Positions 37,102 through 44,213 of a stretch of 54,547 nucleotides of DNA are shown here, one piece after another. Position numbers and translations under genes: made by a program. Positions within the stretch are counted from its first letter, which is position 1. Every line of letters begins with the position of its first letter. The notes under the pieces were generated by a model. It was not told the origin of the DNA. It saw only the letters and a list, made by a program, of their open reading frames with translations, and did not search any database. Source of the DNA: a virus (Duplodnaviria > Heunggongvirae > Uroviricota > Caudoviricetes); IMG/VR virus record IMGVR_UViG_3300046477_000062, positions 1-54,547 of that record. The stretch is one strand, 5' to 3'.

Positions 37102-37212
37102 TAAGTAGCACATACGTTTGACGGTATCGGGAAAACCGTCAAGATTTGTGGATCAGTGGCCTTCCCCGAGCAAGCTGTCATGCCCTCGGTCATTGCGGCC
37201 ACTACCCACTAT

Positions 37213-37287
37213 GCATCTGTAGCTGAGACGGATTAGCGCGCGCCTGAAAAGCCCGAGAGGATGGATCGTTACCATCTGGATGCACCA
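37213..37287 (+). tRNA. tRNA-Phe(GAA) with non-canonical T-loop
   Basis: Acceptor GCATCTG/TGGATGC, loop CTGAAAA, T-arm GATGG-ATCGTTA-CCATC, CCA. Confidence 0.8.
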
Positions 37288-37352
37288 AGAACAAAAACAC
37301 AAGGCCAAACGGGGATTCACAATCCAACCATAAACTAGGTCTTTAGTAGAAA

Positions 37353-38294
37353 ATGCAGAATAGTAAGTTGTACGTAATTGCGGTAGTCTCGAACCCGGTT
37401 AGATACGAAAGTCGAATCCGCTTGTTTCATGAGTTCGCGGCGCGCATGGAGAATACTCCGAACGTACAGTTGATTCGTGTTGAACATGCTTTGGGTCGTC
37501 GGCCCCATGAAGTAACCGATGCAAAGTGCCCTTGGCATGTTCAGTTGCGTGGCGGTTCAGAATATGAACTGTGGATCAAAGAAGGTTTGATCAACGCTGG
37601 CTTGAAGCACCTGTACAAGATGGACCCCAATTGGGAATACGTGGCATGGATTGATGCCGACATCGCTTTCGATGATCCTGATTGGGCGCTGGAAACGATG
37701 CACGCCCTTCAGCATTACAGTGTCGTGCAACCGTGGTCGATGTCGTATGACCTTGGTCCCGATGGTAAGACTGTGATTCATGCAGCTTCATCGTTTGGTC
37801 ATGATTACGCGACCGGTACGAAGCGTCGTCCGTGGGCGATCTATGAGGAATCGTATCATCCGGGCTACGCATGGGCTGCAACCCGAGAAACGATTGACGG
37901 ATTGGGCGGCAAGGTCATTGACTGGTGTCCCCTTGGTGCGGCTGATCATCACATGGCGCACGCCTTCATTGGCAATATATGGGCGGCTGTACCGGAAAAG
38001 TTGGGCGCATCCTATCGTCGCCGTGCAGCACAGTTTCAGATGCTTTGTGATCGGTACGTGAAGCACAATCTAGGGTATGTCGAAGGCGGTATCCGACATA
38101 GCTGGCATGGTCCGAAGCGTAAGCGGTACTACATCGAGCGTAACGACATCCTGCTGCGCAATCGATACGATCCCGATTGGGACATTGCAGTTGATAATAA
38201 TGGCGTACCGTTCTTGACCGATGGTAAGCCGCAGTTCCGAGATGAAATCCGCCTGTATTTCCGGGCGCGAGATGAAGATTCAACGGAACTCTGA
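37353..38294 (+). CDS. GT-A fold glycosyltransferase-like protein
   Basis: WIKEGLIN, AWIDADI (DxD), HPGYAWAA, HSWHG. Confidence 0.78.
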   Translation: MQNSKLYVIAVVSNPVRYESRIRLFHEFAARMENTPNVQLIRVEHALGRRPHEVTDAKCPWHVQLRGGSEYELWIKEGLINAGLKHLYKMDPNWEYVAWIDADIAFDDPDWALETMHALQHYSVVQPWSMSYDLGPDGKTVIHAASSFGHDYATGTKRRPWAIYEESYHPGYAWAATRETIDGLGGKVIDWCPLGAADHHMAHAFIGNIWAAVPEKLGASYRRRAAQFQMLCDRYVKHNLGYVEGGIRHSWHGPKRKRYYIERNDILLRNRYDPDWDIAVDNNGVPFLTDGKPQFRDEIRLYFRARDEDSTEL

Positions 38295-38890
38295 TGTACA
38301 GAGTAGTGACAGGGCGAGACTGACCTTCTAAAACACCAGTCTGTTGTCAGTCGTGGTTTGAACCGAACGTGGACTGCCTCTATACAGATAGGTTCATGTG
38401 TTCAGCATTGAAGTACTAAGATACGTGCGCGTGCAACTTCCCTTCGTCAATGCAGCGTAGTGGAACACATTCTGAAGAATAGGTGTTTAGACGTTCATCT
38501 TGATAAAACGTCCAATCAGGTGTGATGCCTGTTCAGTTTATCGGGGAATCTATCCGTGTGGGAACGGATACCCGCGTGGAGCGGGAGAAGGTAATAAGTA
38601 GTTCTGAGTAGATTGTGGATAGTTACCGCGCGACGAAATGGAACTGAATAACTTCAAGTTGGGTTCGATTCCGCTGTCCCCGACCAAGGTTAGCCCTTTG
38701 AGGCACACAGAGAGAAGTGGGAGGACGCTCCCTGAAGTCGTCGGACGTGCATACTCGCGGTTACGTCCATCCCTAACGGGACAGAGTATGTGGACGGCGC
38801 ACCAACACATACAGTATGCAGCACGCGGGAAACATGTCGATGCGTGTCTGTGGATCGTAGTACATGGTCATCACATAACGAATACATTAC
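38295..38890 (+). ncRNA. Candidate ~600-nt ornate structured RNA region
   Basis: No credible ORF; dense stems and apparent pseudoknots; two CCA-terminated segments. Confidence 0.45.
38542..38686 (+). ncRNA. ~145-nt tRNA-like RNA (acceptor stem, T-loop, CCA)
   Basis: CGGGGA/TCCCCG + A + CCA; GGTTCGATTCC T-loop; internal hairpins TATCCGT/ACGGATA and CCCGC/GCGGG. Confidence 0.6.
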
Positions 38891-38892
38891 GA

Positions 38893-39195
38893 ATGGAAAA
38901 TCAGCACAGAAAAATCGTTGGCTATCGCGAACTGTCGGCGGAAGAAATTGCGCTAATGAACGAAGTCAAAGAAGAAGGTCAACGTATCGCCGCGCTGATC
39001 GAGAAGGTTCAAGTACATTTCAATAAGCAAGTCGAAGACGCTTATGGTGATGACTTCGATGAAGTTGCAAATCAACATGAACTTGATCGGCTTATTGCTG
39101 CGAATCCGCAACTCTGGATCGACCGTGCTACAGAAGATGCACAGATCGCAATCATGGCACTGGTCCGTGCAGTTGCACAACCGACGACATTCTGA
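38893..39195 (+). CDS. acb2: Anti-CBASS cyclic-nucleotide sponge (Acb2/Vs.4 family)
   Basis: MENQHRKIVGYRELSAEEIALMNEVKE and C-terminal MALVRAVAQPTTF match the Acb2 signature. Confidence 0.9.
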   Translation: MENQHRKIVGYRELSAEEIALMNEVKEEGQRIAALIEKVQVHFNKQVEDAYGDDFDEVANQHELDRLIAANPQLWIDRATEDAQIAIMALVRAVAQPTTF

Positions 39196-39308
39196 TGAAG
39201 ACTCTCGAAGAACTCTGTCAATACGCCGCTGTCTCGAAACGATACTGGCCGTTCCTTGATGCGCATGTGAAGCTGTGGTTCATCATAGACAAGCTGGGTA
39301 AGGTCTGA
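39195..39308 (+). CDS. Small hypothetical protein (37 aa)
   Basis: TGATG coupling on both sides. Confidence 0.5.
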   Translation: MKTLEELCQYAAVSKRYWPFLDAHVKLWFIIDKLGKV

Positions 39309-39430
39309 TGCTGACGAAGATCAAGCTGGACAAAGACAACCGGATGCTGCGTATCGGCTTCGGTAAGAACGAAGGAAGATGGTTCTTCCGTGTTGACCTG
39401 TGGTTCGCTGGATTCAGGTTGACTAAATAA
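39308..39430 (+). CDS. Small hypothetical protein (40 aa)
   Basis: MLTKIKLDKDNRMLRIGFGK...; coupled. Confidence 0.55.
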   Translation: MLTKIKLDKDNRMLRIGFGKNEGRWFFRVDLWFAGFRLTK

Positions 39431-39431
39431 C

Positions 39432-39894
39432 ATGCAGTTGACAGAATCAGACATCAAACGATTCTGGCGGCAAGTTGATATTCGAAGTGAAGATGAATGT
39501 TGGCCGTGGATTGGTTATGTCCATACGAACGGCTATGGAAGGTTCTCGATTGGTACTCGCGAAACGCAAACGCAGAACGTTGCATCGCGAGTATCACATA
39601 CGATAGCGAATGGTCAGATTCCACACGGACTCTGTGTTTGTCATCGATGTGACAACCCGATATGCGTAAAATCCGAAGCATCTGTTCCTTGGGACCAATG
39701 CAGATAACATGGCGGACAAGAAAGCCAAGGGTCGCGCACCAAGCGTAATCGGAAACGCCAAGATCAACTTCGAAATTGCAGAACAGATTCGTGCGGATAA
39801 GCGTCCGTACAAAGTCTTGATCGATGCTTATGGATTGAGTAAATCGACCATATCCTATATCAAGAATAACAAAATTTGGGCGTGTAGACCGTAA
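39432..39894 (+). pseudogene. HNH homing endonuclease split by a 1-nt frameshift
   Basis: RFW..V...ECWPW, GYGRF, VCHRCDNPICV; removing one A at 39668-39671 gives NPKHLFLGTNADNMADK plus a C-terminal HTH. Confidence 0.85.
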
Positions 39895-39963
39895 GTGGAA
39901 GCGGGCCAGTCTGTAAAACTGGTGTCTCTGACCTTGAATGTTCGATCCATTCCGCGCCCACCA
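39878..39963 (+). tRNA. tRNA-Tyr(GUA)
   Basis: Acceptor GGGCGTG/CGCGCCC, CCAGT-CTGTAAA-ACTGG, long V-arm, A73, CCA. Confidence 0.9.
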
Positions 39964-39975
39964 CTTAAATCAATC

Positions 39976-40146
39976 ATGCTGAAATCATTCGCAGAACTTA
40001 CATTTGAGCAACAAGAACAGTTGCGTGCCCGTCTGAACGAATATCACGTTCAGACCGATCCAGTCACGCTTCGTCCGTATGTGCGCTTTATGGGCGAATC
40101 GGTTGACTTCCGTTCGATCACGGCCACAAACATCCTTCTGGGTTGA
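39976..40146 (+). CDS. Small hypothetical protein
   Basis: ATG 39976; the ORF-track extension overlaps tRNA-Tyr. Confidence 0.5.
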   Translation: MLKSFAELTFEQQEQLRARLNEYHVQTDPVTLRPYVRFMGESVDFRSITATNILLG

Positions 40147-40349
40147 TGATGGCATACACAGCAGACCAACAAAGCGTCGTCAACGAGCGCGACGAACTTT
40201 CCCCGAAGCTGCAACGCCTTCGCATCCTCGTCCAGTCGCCTGCCTTCGCGACCATCGATAAGAACGAGAAGGAACGTCTGACCCGTCAAGTCTGGGTCAT
40301 GGGCCTGTACCTGAATGTGCTGAACGAGCGCATCGCGGCCTTCTCGTAA
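40146..40349 (+). CDS. Small helical-hairpin protein (crAss001_48-like)
   Basis: QQSVVNERDEL..KL..L....F......E..RL..Q...M..Y..VL.ERIAAF pattern. Confidence 0.7.
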   Translation: MMAYTADQQSVVNERDELSPKLQRLRILVQSPAFATIDKNEKERLTRQVWVMGLYLNVLNERIAAFS

Positions 40350-40356
40350 GAACAGA

Positions 40357-40388
40357 ACCCCAAACATGGAAACGTGTTTGGGGTTTTT
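40357..40388 (+). terminator. Intrinsic terminator
   Basis: ACCCCAAACA/TGTTTGGGGT followed by TTTT. Confidence 0.8.
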
Positions 40389-40400
40389 CGTTTTTGGGTG

Positions 40401-40428
40401 TTGACATTCATTCCCAGACCTGTATAAT
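40401..40428 (+). promoter_or_regulatory. Early promoter cassette
   Basis: TTGACA ttcattCCCAGacctg TATAAT. Confidence 0.8.
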
Positions 40429-40460
40429 TCTTTTCATCGAGAACAAAGGGGGAGCAAGAC

Positions 40461-40733
40461 ATGACCGATGCACAGAAGCTGATCAGCGACATCAAGGAAG
40501 CACGCGGCAAGCTGCGTATCTCGAACTTCCGTGGTTCGAAGGACTTCACGCTGGATCGGTTGCATAAGGACGGCTACTGGATCAACGGTGCGCCAGTCAA
40601 CAAGAACACGGTCAAGGCGATTCTGCGTGCCGACAACCTGCACAAGTGGACCGGCGACCAGATCGACTTCTGGGCCTTCGCTTTCGAAGACGCCGCCGCA
40701 CAGTACAACATCACTTGCTTCAAGAGGGTTTGA
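40461..40733 (+). CDS. Hypothetical early protein
   Basis: RBS GGGAG. Confidence 0.7.
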   Translation: MTDAQKLISDIKEARGKLRISNFRGSKDFTLDRLHKDGYWINGAPVNKNTVKAILRADNLHKWTGDQIDFWAFAFEDAAAQYNITCFKRV

Positions 40734-40735
40734 CT

Positions 40736-40912
40736 ATGCCAATTAGCAAAGAAGCCGCCGCAAACGTCGCGATGATGGTCGGAACGATGCGATCACAGGT
40801 ACATGGGCTGTTGTCGGCCTGTGACGATACCGTCGAGCGTACCCGGCTGGAAAACGCTTTTTCCGCGTTGTCCTCTCTGCTGAACTTCTACATCAAACAA
40901 GCGGGAGAGTAA
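40736..40912 (+). CDS. Hypothetical early protein
   Basis: ATG 40736; RBS GAGGG. Confidence 0.6.
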   Translation: MPISKEAAANVAMMVGTMRSQVHGLLSACDDTVERTRLENAFSALSSLLNFYIKQAGE

Positions 40913-40914
40913 AC

Positions 40915-41142
40915 ATGACATACCGAGTGAAAGTCACCATCGAAGTCGTCAACGAAGATGACGAAGTTGTCGATCACCGTGGATGGGCCGACATCAGAAA
41001 GACGGCCAATTTCTCGCCGCTGCGCACCACTCAGTATTGGGATGGGTACGACTACGGTATCCAACAGGCAACCAAGCACTTGAATTCGCTGTTCAAGACC
41101 GTTCAAGCCATTGGAGGAATTCATGTCCGTGAAGACGATTGA
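40915..41142 (+). CDS. Hypothetical early protein
   Basis: RBS GGGAG. Confidence 0.6.
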   Translation: MTYRVKVTIEVVNEDDEVVDHRGWADIRKTANFSPLRTTQYWDGYDYGIQQATKHLNSLFKTVQAIGGIHVREDD

Positions 41143-41347
41143 TGACTACGTGAAGAAGTATGGCTTCTGCAACTGGCAAGCGCAGGATGTTATCAATCAG
41201 CTTGAAGTGGCGCACAAGGCGCTGGTCGAGACTGCGAAGTTCTTCGATATGCGTCAGCGTGAATTGGGTTGTCTGTCTGACGAAGCCCAAGCCGTCAACG
41301 ACAAGGTTTGTGCAGCAATCGCCGTCTGTGAGGCATGGGGAATATGA
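41123..41347 (+). CDS. Hypothetical early protein
   Basis: RBS GGAGG. Confidence 0.6.
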   Translation: MSVKTIDDYVKKYGFCNWQAQDVINQLEVAHKALVETAKFFDMRQRELGCLSDEAQAVNDKVCAAIAVCEAWGI

Positions 41348-41502
41348 AACTACTGTATCGTCTGAACGTGTTTGTGGCCGGGATGTTGGACTTTCGCAAC
41401 CCGGTTGACCCCTACTACGCCGACAAGCGCGACTACCGCGTCTACAACGGCGGTCGCAACCTGTCGAACCGTCTGACGTTTCACTTCTTCGAATGGAGAT
41501 GA
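41344..41502 (+). CDS. Small hypothetical protein (52 aa)
   Basis: Coupled: MKLLYRLNVFVAGMLDFR... Confidence 0.55.
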   Translation: MKLLYRLNVFVAGMLDFRNPVDPYYADKRDYRVYNGGRNLSNRLTFHFFEWR

Positions 41503-41504
41503 CC

Positions 41505-41690
41505 ATGCCCGAACTTACCGATACCCAAAGACTGGACTTCATCTTCGACCATCGACCCATGTTCGATGAAGATAATCGCGGCCCATTCATGGTGTTCCGG
41601 TTCGAAGGCCATCACTGCGTCTCGCGCGGCAAGACCTACCGCCAGTGCATCGACAATGTGACGACCGGGGACTACAAGTACGCGGACTAG
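41505..41690 (+). CDS. Hypothetical protein (TDTQRLDF motif)
   Basis: RBS GGAG. Confidence 0.6.
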   Translation: MPELTDTQRLDFIFDHRPMFDEDNRGPFMVFRFEGHHCVSRGKTYRQCIDNVTTGDYKYAD

Positions 41691-41995
41691 ACGATCCCGT
41701 ACCGCTTCTTCATCGCGACTAGTTCCTTTCTGGCCCCCTCTACCATGACGACCGACATATCGATGTCGGTTTTCTTTTTGAAGGCACGAAGGTCTTCATA
41801 CAAATCCTTCGGCACCTTGAAACTCATGGTCTGGGTCGCGGCTTTCTCTGGAAACTTGAACGTCTCTACGGCCTCTACAACAGGCTGATCGTCCTTCGCC
41901 GCTACTTCGGTACTCGTCGGTACGTTCGAGCGCCGTGCGGCCTCGTCTGCCAACTGCTGGACCACATCTGGTATCGGTGCGAATCCCTTACCCAT
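41687..41995 (-). CDS. Putative centromere-binding adaptor (ParG-like ribbon-helix-helix)
   Basis: Coupled downstream of parA; flexible N-terminus; C-terminal QTMSFKVPKDLYEDLRAFKKKTDIDMSVVMVEGARKEL fits an RHH pattern. Confidence 0.65.
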   Translation of the reverse strand: MGKGFAPIPDVVQQLADEAARRSNVPTSTEVAAKDDQPVVEAVETFKFPEKAATQTMSFKVPKDLYEDLRAFKKKTDIDMSVVMVEGARKELVAMKKRYGIV

Positions 41996-42638
41996 TGAAC
42001 ACCCCCTTGTAGATCATATCGATTTCGTCTTGTGCCTGTTCCGAATCGCGGTTTCGGCGCAATTCCGCGACACCCTTCCCCTCTGATGCTGCAACCCCGA
42101 AAGCATTGCGCTTCACGACCTTGATCGGTTCACAGCCGAACGTGTCTTTCATCTTGTCAAACTCTGCCTTCAAGTCAACTGTCAGAGCATTCCTATCGTC
42201 TGCTGAAAGCTTGTTCATCACCGTGACGATACGGAAGGTCCGACCGCTGGCCCGCATGGTGTTGATCATCTGGGCCATCGCGGTCAATGACCAGACATCG
42301 TACTGACCGGCCTCTGCTGGCAATACAAGCACATCACACGCACCAACCGCATAGATCAGTTCAGGTGCGTTCTTCCCGCCGACATCCACGATCACCGTAT
42401 CAACGGCTTCACGTTCGGCCATCAAGTCGGAATAGATGTTGCCCGTCATCTTCGACAGGAGGATATTGGGTTCCACGTTCTTCTGACGACGCAGCATTCC
42501 CCACATGTACGCGTACTCGTCCGTATCCGCATCGATTAGCTTCACGGTATGTCCACGTATTGTCCGCGAGACGGCGAGATTCGTGGCTATCGTGGTTTTC
42601 CCCACTCCACCTTTCCTTGTTGCGACAGCTATCAGCAT
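41988..42638 (-). CDS. parA: Type Ib partition ATPase (ParA/ParF-like)
   Basis: Deviant Walker A KGGVGKTT, IDAD, VIVDVGG, VLVLP, VMNK; no N-terminal HTH; RBS GGAG before ATG 42638. Confidence 0.92.
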   Translation of the reverse strand: MLIAVATRKGGVGKTTIATNLAVSRTIRGHTVKLIDADTDEYAYMWGMLRRQKNVEPNILLSKMTGNIYSDLMAEREAVDTVIVDVGGKNAPELIYAVGACDVLVLPAEAGQYDVWSLTAMAQMINTMRASGRTFRIVTVMNKLSADDRNALTVDLKAEFDKMKDTFGCEPIKVVKRNAFGVAASEGKGVAELRRNRDSEQAQDEIDMIYKGVFNG

Positions 42639-42650
42639 GGGTATCTCCAT

Positions 42651-42679
42651 CTGTATAGGCGCATATACAGCCGTATATG
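42651..42679. repeat. Overlapping inverted repeats upstream of parA (candidate operator/centromere)
   Basis: CTGTATA-N6-TATACAG and CATATAC-N4-GTATATG. Confidence 0.55.
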
Positions 42680-42743
42680 TGGCCCCGTTTAAGACTACTG
42701 GTGCAGGGTAGCAACAAAATTACCGGATGGCAAGAGAAAGTAC

Positions 42744-42771
42744 TTGACGTGTATTCCCAAGTCTGTATAAT
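42744..42771 (+). promoter_or_regulatory. Early promoter cassette
   Basis: TTGACG tgtattCCCAAgtctg TATAAT. Confidence 0.8.
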
Positions 42772-42805
42772 CCTTCATATCGAAACATATCTGGGAGCGA
42801 AACAA

Positions 42806-43042
42806 ATGATTGCACTCTGGACGGTAGTGGATGAAGGTAGCGATGTCGAAGTCTACGCAACGGCGTATTCGGTTGCGAAGGTCATCGAAAGTCGTGGATT
42901 GGCGCTGGAACCGGAAGCCGATGGACCGGCTGATCTGGGTATGATCCTGTTTGTATTGAACAAGTGTGATCGCGGTCGTTTCTATGAACCGGGTTCCAAG
43001 ACGTGGAAGTACAAGGCGCAAGCACAGTACAACATCAAGTGA
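42806..43042 (+). CDS. Hypothetical early protein
   Basis: RBS GGGAG. Confidence 0.65.
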   Translation: MIALWTVVDEGSDVEVYATAYSVAKVIESRGLALEPEADGPADLGMILFVLNKCDRGRFYEPGSKTWKYKAQAQYNIK

Positions 43043-43049
43043 GGAAGAC

Positions 43050-43220
43050 ATGAAGAACTATCCCGTCATCTTCGAGAAGGACCACTGGATTTACCGGGAG
43101 TACGGCATCTGGCCGCAAGGCTTCGAGTTCGTCGTGTTCTCCCCTGACGGTAAGGTGATCAAGAAGTATCCGACGATGCACCAAGCCAAGGAAGCCATCG
43201 ACAAACTTGTTGACAAGTAA
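43050..43220 (+). CDS. Small hypothetical early protein
   Basis: RBS GAGGA. Confidence 0.6.
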   Translation: MKNYPVIFEKDHWIYREYGIWPQGFEFVVFSPDGKVIKKYPTMHQAKEAIDKLVDK

Positions 43221-43237
43221 TCCCAAACCTGTATAAT
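43210..43237 (+). promoter_or_regulatory. Early promoter cassette
   Basis: TTGACA agtaatCCCAAacctg TATAAT. Confidence 0.8.
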
Positions 43238-43269
43238 CCTTTTCATCGACAACGCACTTGGGAGCAAAC

Positions 43270-43506
43270 ATGAACCTGACCAAACAGATGCAACAACTGG
43301 TTCTGGATGCTCAAGCCGCTGGCTACACGGTGCGTCACGGCGAACACAATGTAGACATCGTGAAGCTGTCGAAGCACGCAAAGCCCCGCGTCATCAAGGG
43401 TCTGCGCATCTGGGCTGACGGTAACGCTATCGACGCCACGATGGACCTCGCCGCTGCGAAGGCGATCAAGACGCAGAAGGAATGGCGCAAGTTTCTTGGC
43501 ATCTAA
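43270..43506 (+). CDS. Hypothetical early protein
   Basis: RBS GGGAG. Confidence 0.65.
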   Translation: MNLTKQMQQLVLDAQAAGYTVRHGEHNVDIVKLSKHAKPRVIKGLRIWADGNAIDATMDLAAAKAIKTQKEWRKFLGI

Positions 43507-43517
43507 GGGAGAAAGAC

Positions 43518-43736
43518 ATGAACGATGTTGTCCTCATACCGGAAGGTACTGATCGATTCCCGCTTGGTGTGTCCGTCGAGATTCGGACGGAAGGCGACAC
43601 GAAGTACGTGACGATCCTCGCACGGCTTCATGTGAACAAGCGGTTCGAACTGCCGCACTGCTATTCCGCCAAGTTCACGACCGCAGAAATTCTGCGTGAC
43701 CACTCGTTTTACAAGTATCTCAGTCGCTTCAACTGA
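43518..43736 (+). CDS. Hypothetical early protein
   Basis: RBS GGGAG. Confidence 0.6.
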   Translation: MNDVVLIPEGTDRFPLGVSVEIRTEGDTKYVTILARLHVNKRFELPHCYSAKFTTAEILRDHSFYKYLSRFN

Positions 43737-43740
43737 TTCC

Positions 43741-43780
43741 CACGTTTGGGTATTGACAAACAATCCCAAACGTGTATAAT
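43741..43780 (+). promoter_or_regulatory. Early promoter with the -35 box inside a 10-bp inverted repeat
   Basis: CACGTTTGGG ta TTGACA aacaat CCCAAACGTG TATAAT. Confidence 0.85.
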
Positions 43781-43813
43781 CCTTCTCATACCAACTTCAT
43801 CAGGAGATTCAAT

Positions 43814-44023
43814 ATGAACGCATCCCAACGTCGCATCGCAATCCGCGCACTCCCGAAGCAAGGTTCGAAGGTCGGCTACCACTCCACCAAGGGGCTGATC
43901 GATGTCCGTGTGGGCGGTTTCATCATCAAGGACAACGGTCGCCCGTCCCTGACCCGCATCAAGGTCACGAACCCCGCCACGCGTGGCCGTGCGACCCCGA
44001 AGCTGTCGCAACTGGTGTACTGA
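43814..44023 (+). CDS. Small basic early protein
   Basis: RBS AGGAG. Confidence 0.65.
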   Translation: MNASQRRIAIRALPKQGSKVGYHSTKGLIDVRVGGFIIKDNGRPSLTRIKVTNPATRGRATPKLSQLVY

Positions 44024-44024
44024 C

Positions 44025-44213
44025 GTGCCACGGTGCGGCGACTGCAAATATAGCAGTGAGTTTTACCCGGCTGAAGATGATTGGCCGGGAAAGAACGACT
44101 GCGCGTATCCGATCCCGTTGTTGCCTCTATCGATGCAAGGTGTTGCTAATCGCGAGCGCGAGACGGTGGACCCAGAACGAACCGACTGTCCGTGTTGGAC
44201 GGCAAATGAATAG
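44025..44213 (+). CDS. Small Cys-rich protein
   Basis: CGDCKY...C...CPCW. Confidence 0.5.
   Translation: MPRCGDCKYSSEFYPAEDDWPGKNDCAYPIPLLPLSMQGVANRERETVDPERTDCPCWTANE

Noticed and set aside
38318-38341. Possible amber-suppressor (CUA) or Arg (UCU) anticodon in GACTG-ACCTTCTAAAACAC-CAGTC
   Set aside because: The loop is 14 nt and there is no proper cloverleaf or CCA; TAG also serves as a normal stop in several genes (e.g. 10554, 30679, 50466).
38295-38686. tmRNA or RNase P RNA
   Set aside because: No G3:U70 pair or tag reading frame; the paired ends span only 145 nt; RNase P conserved motifs were not found.
33864-39975. ORF-track N-terminal extensions at 33864, 38638 and 39895
   Set aside because: They run through tRNA or tRNA-like sequence; better starts are 34032, 38893 and 39976.
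39976-40146. MLKSFAELTFE as a fifth capsid-targeting leader
   Set aside because: Only a loose match, and no late promoter lies directly upstream.
41988-42650. Reading parA as proof of lysogeny
   Set aside because: No integrase, repressor or plasmid Rep gene is visible in this window, so lifestyle remains a hypothesis.
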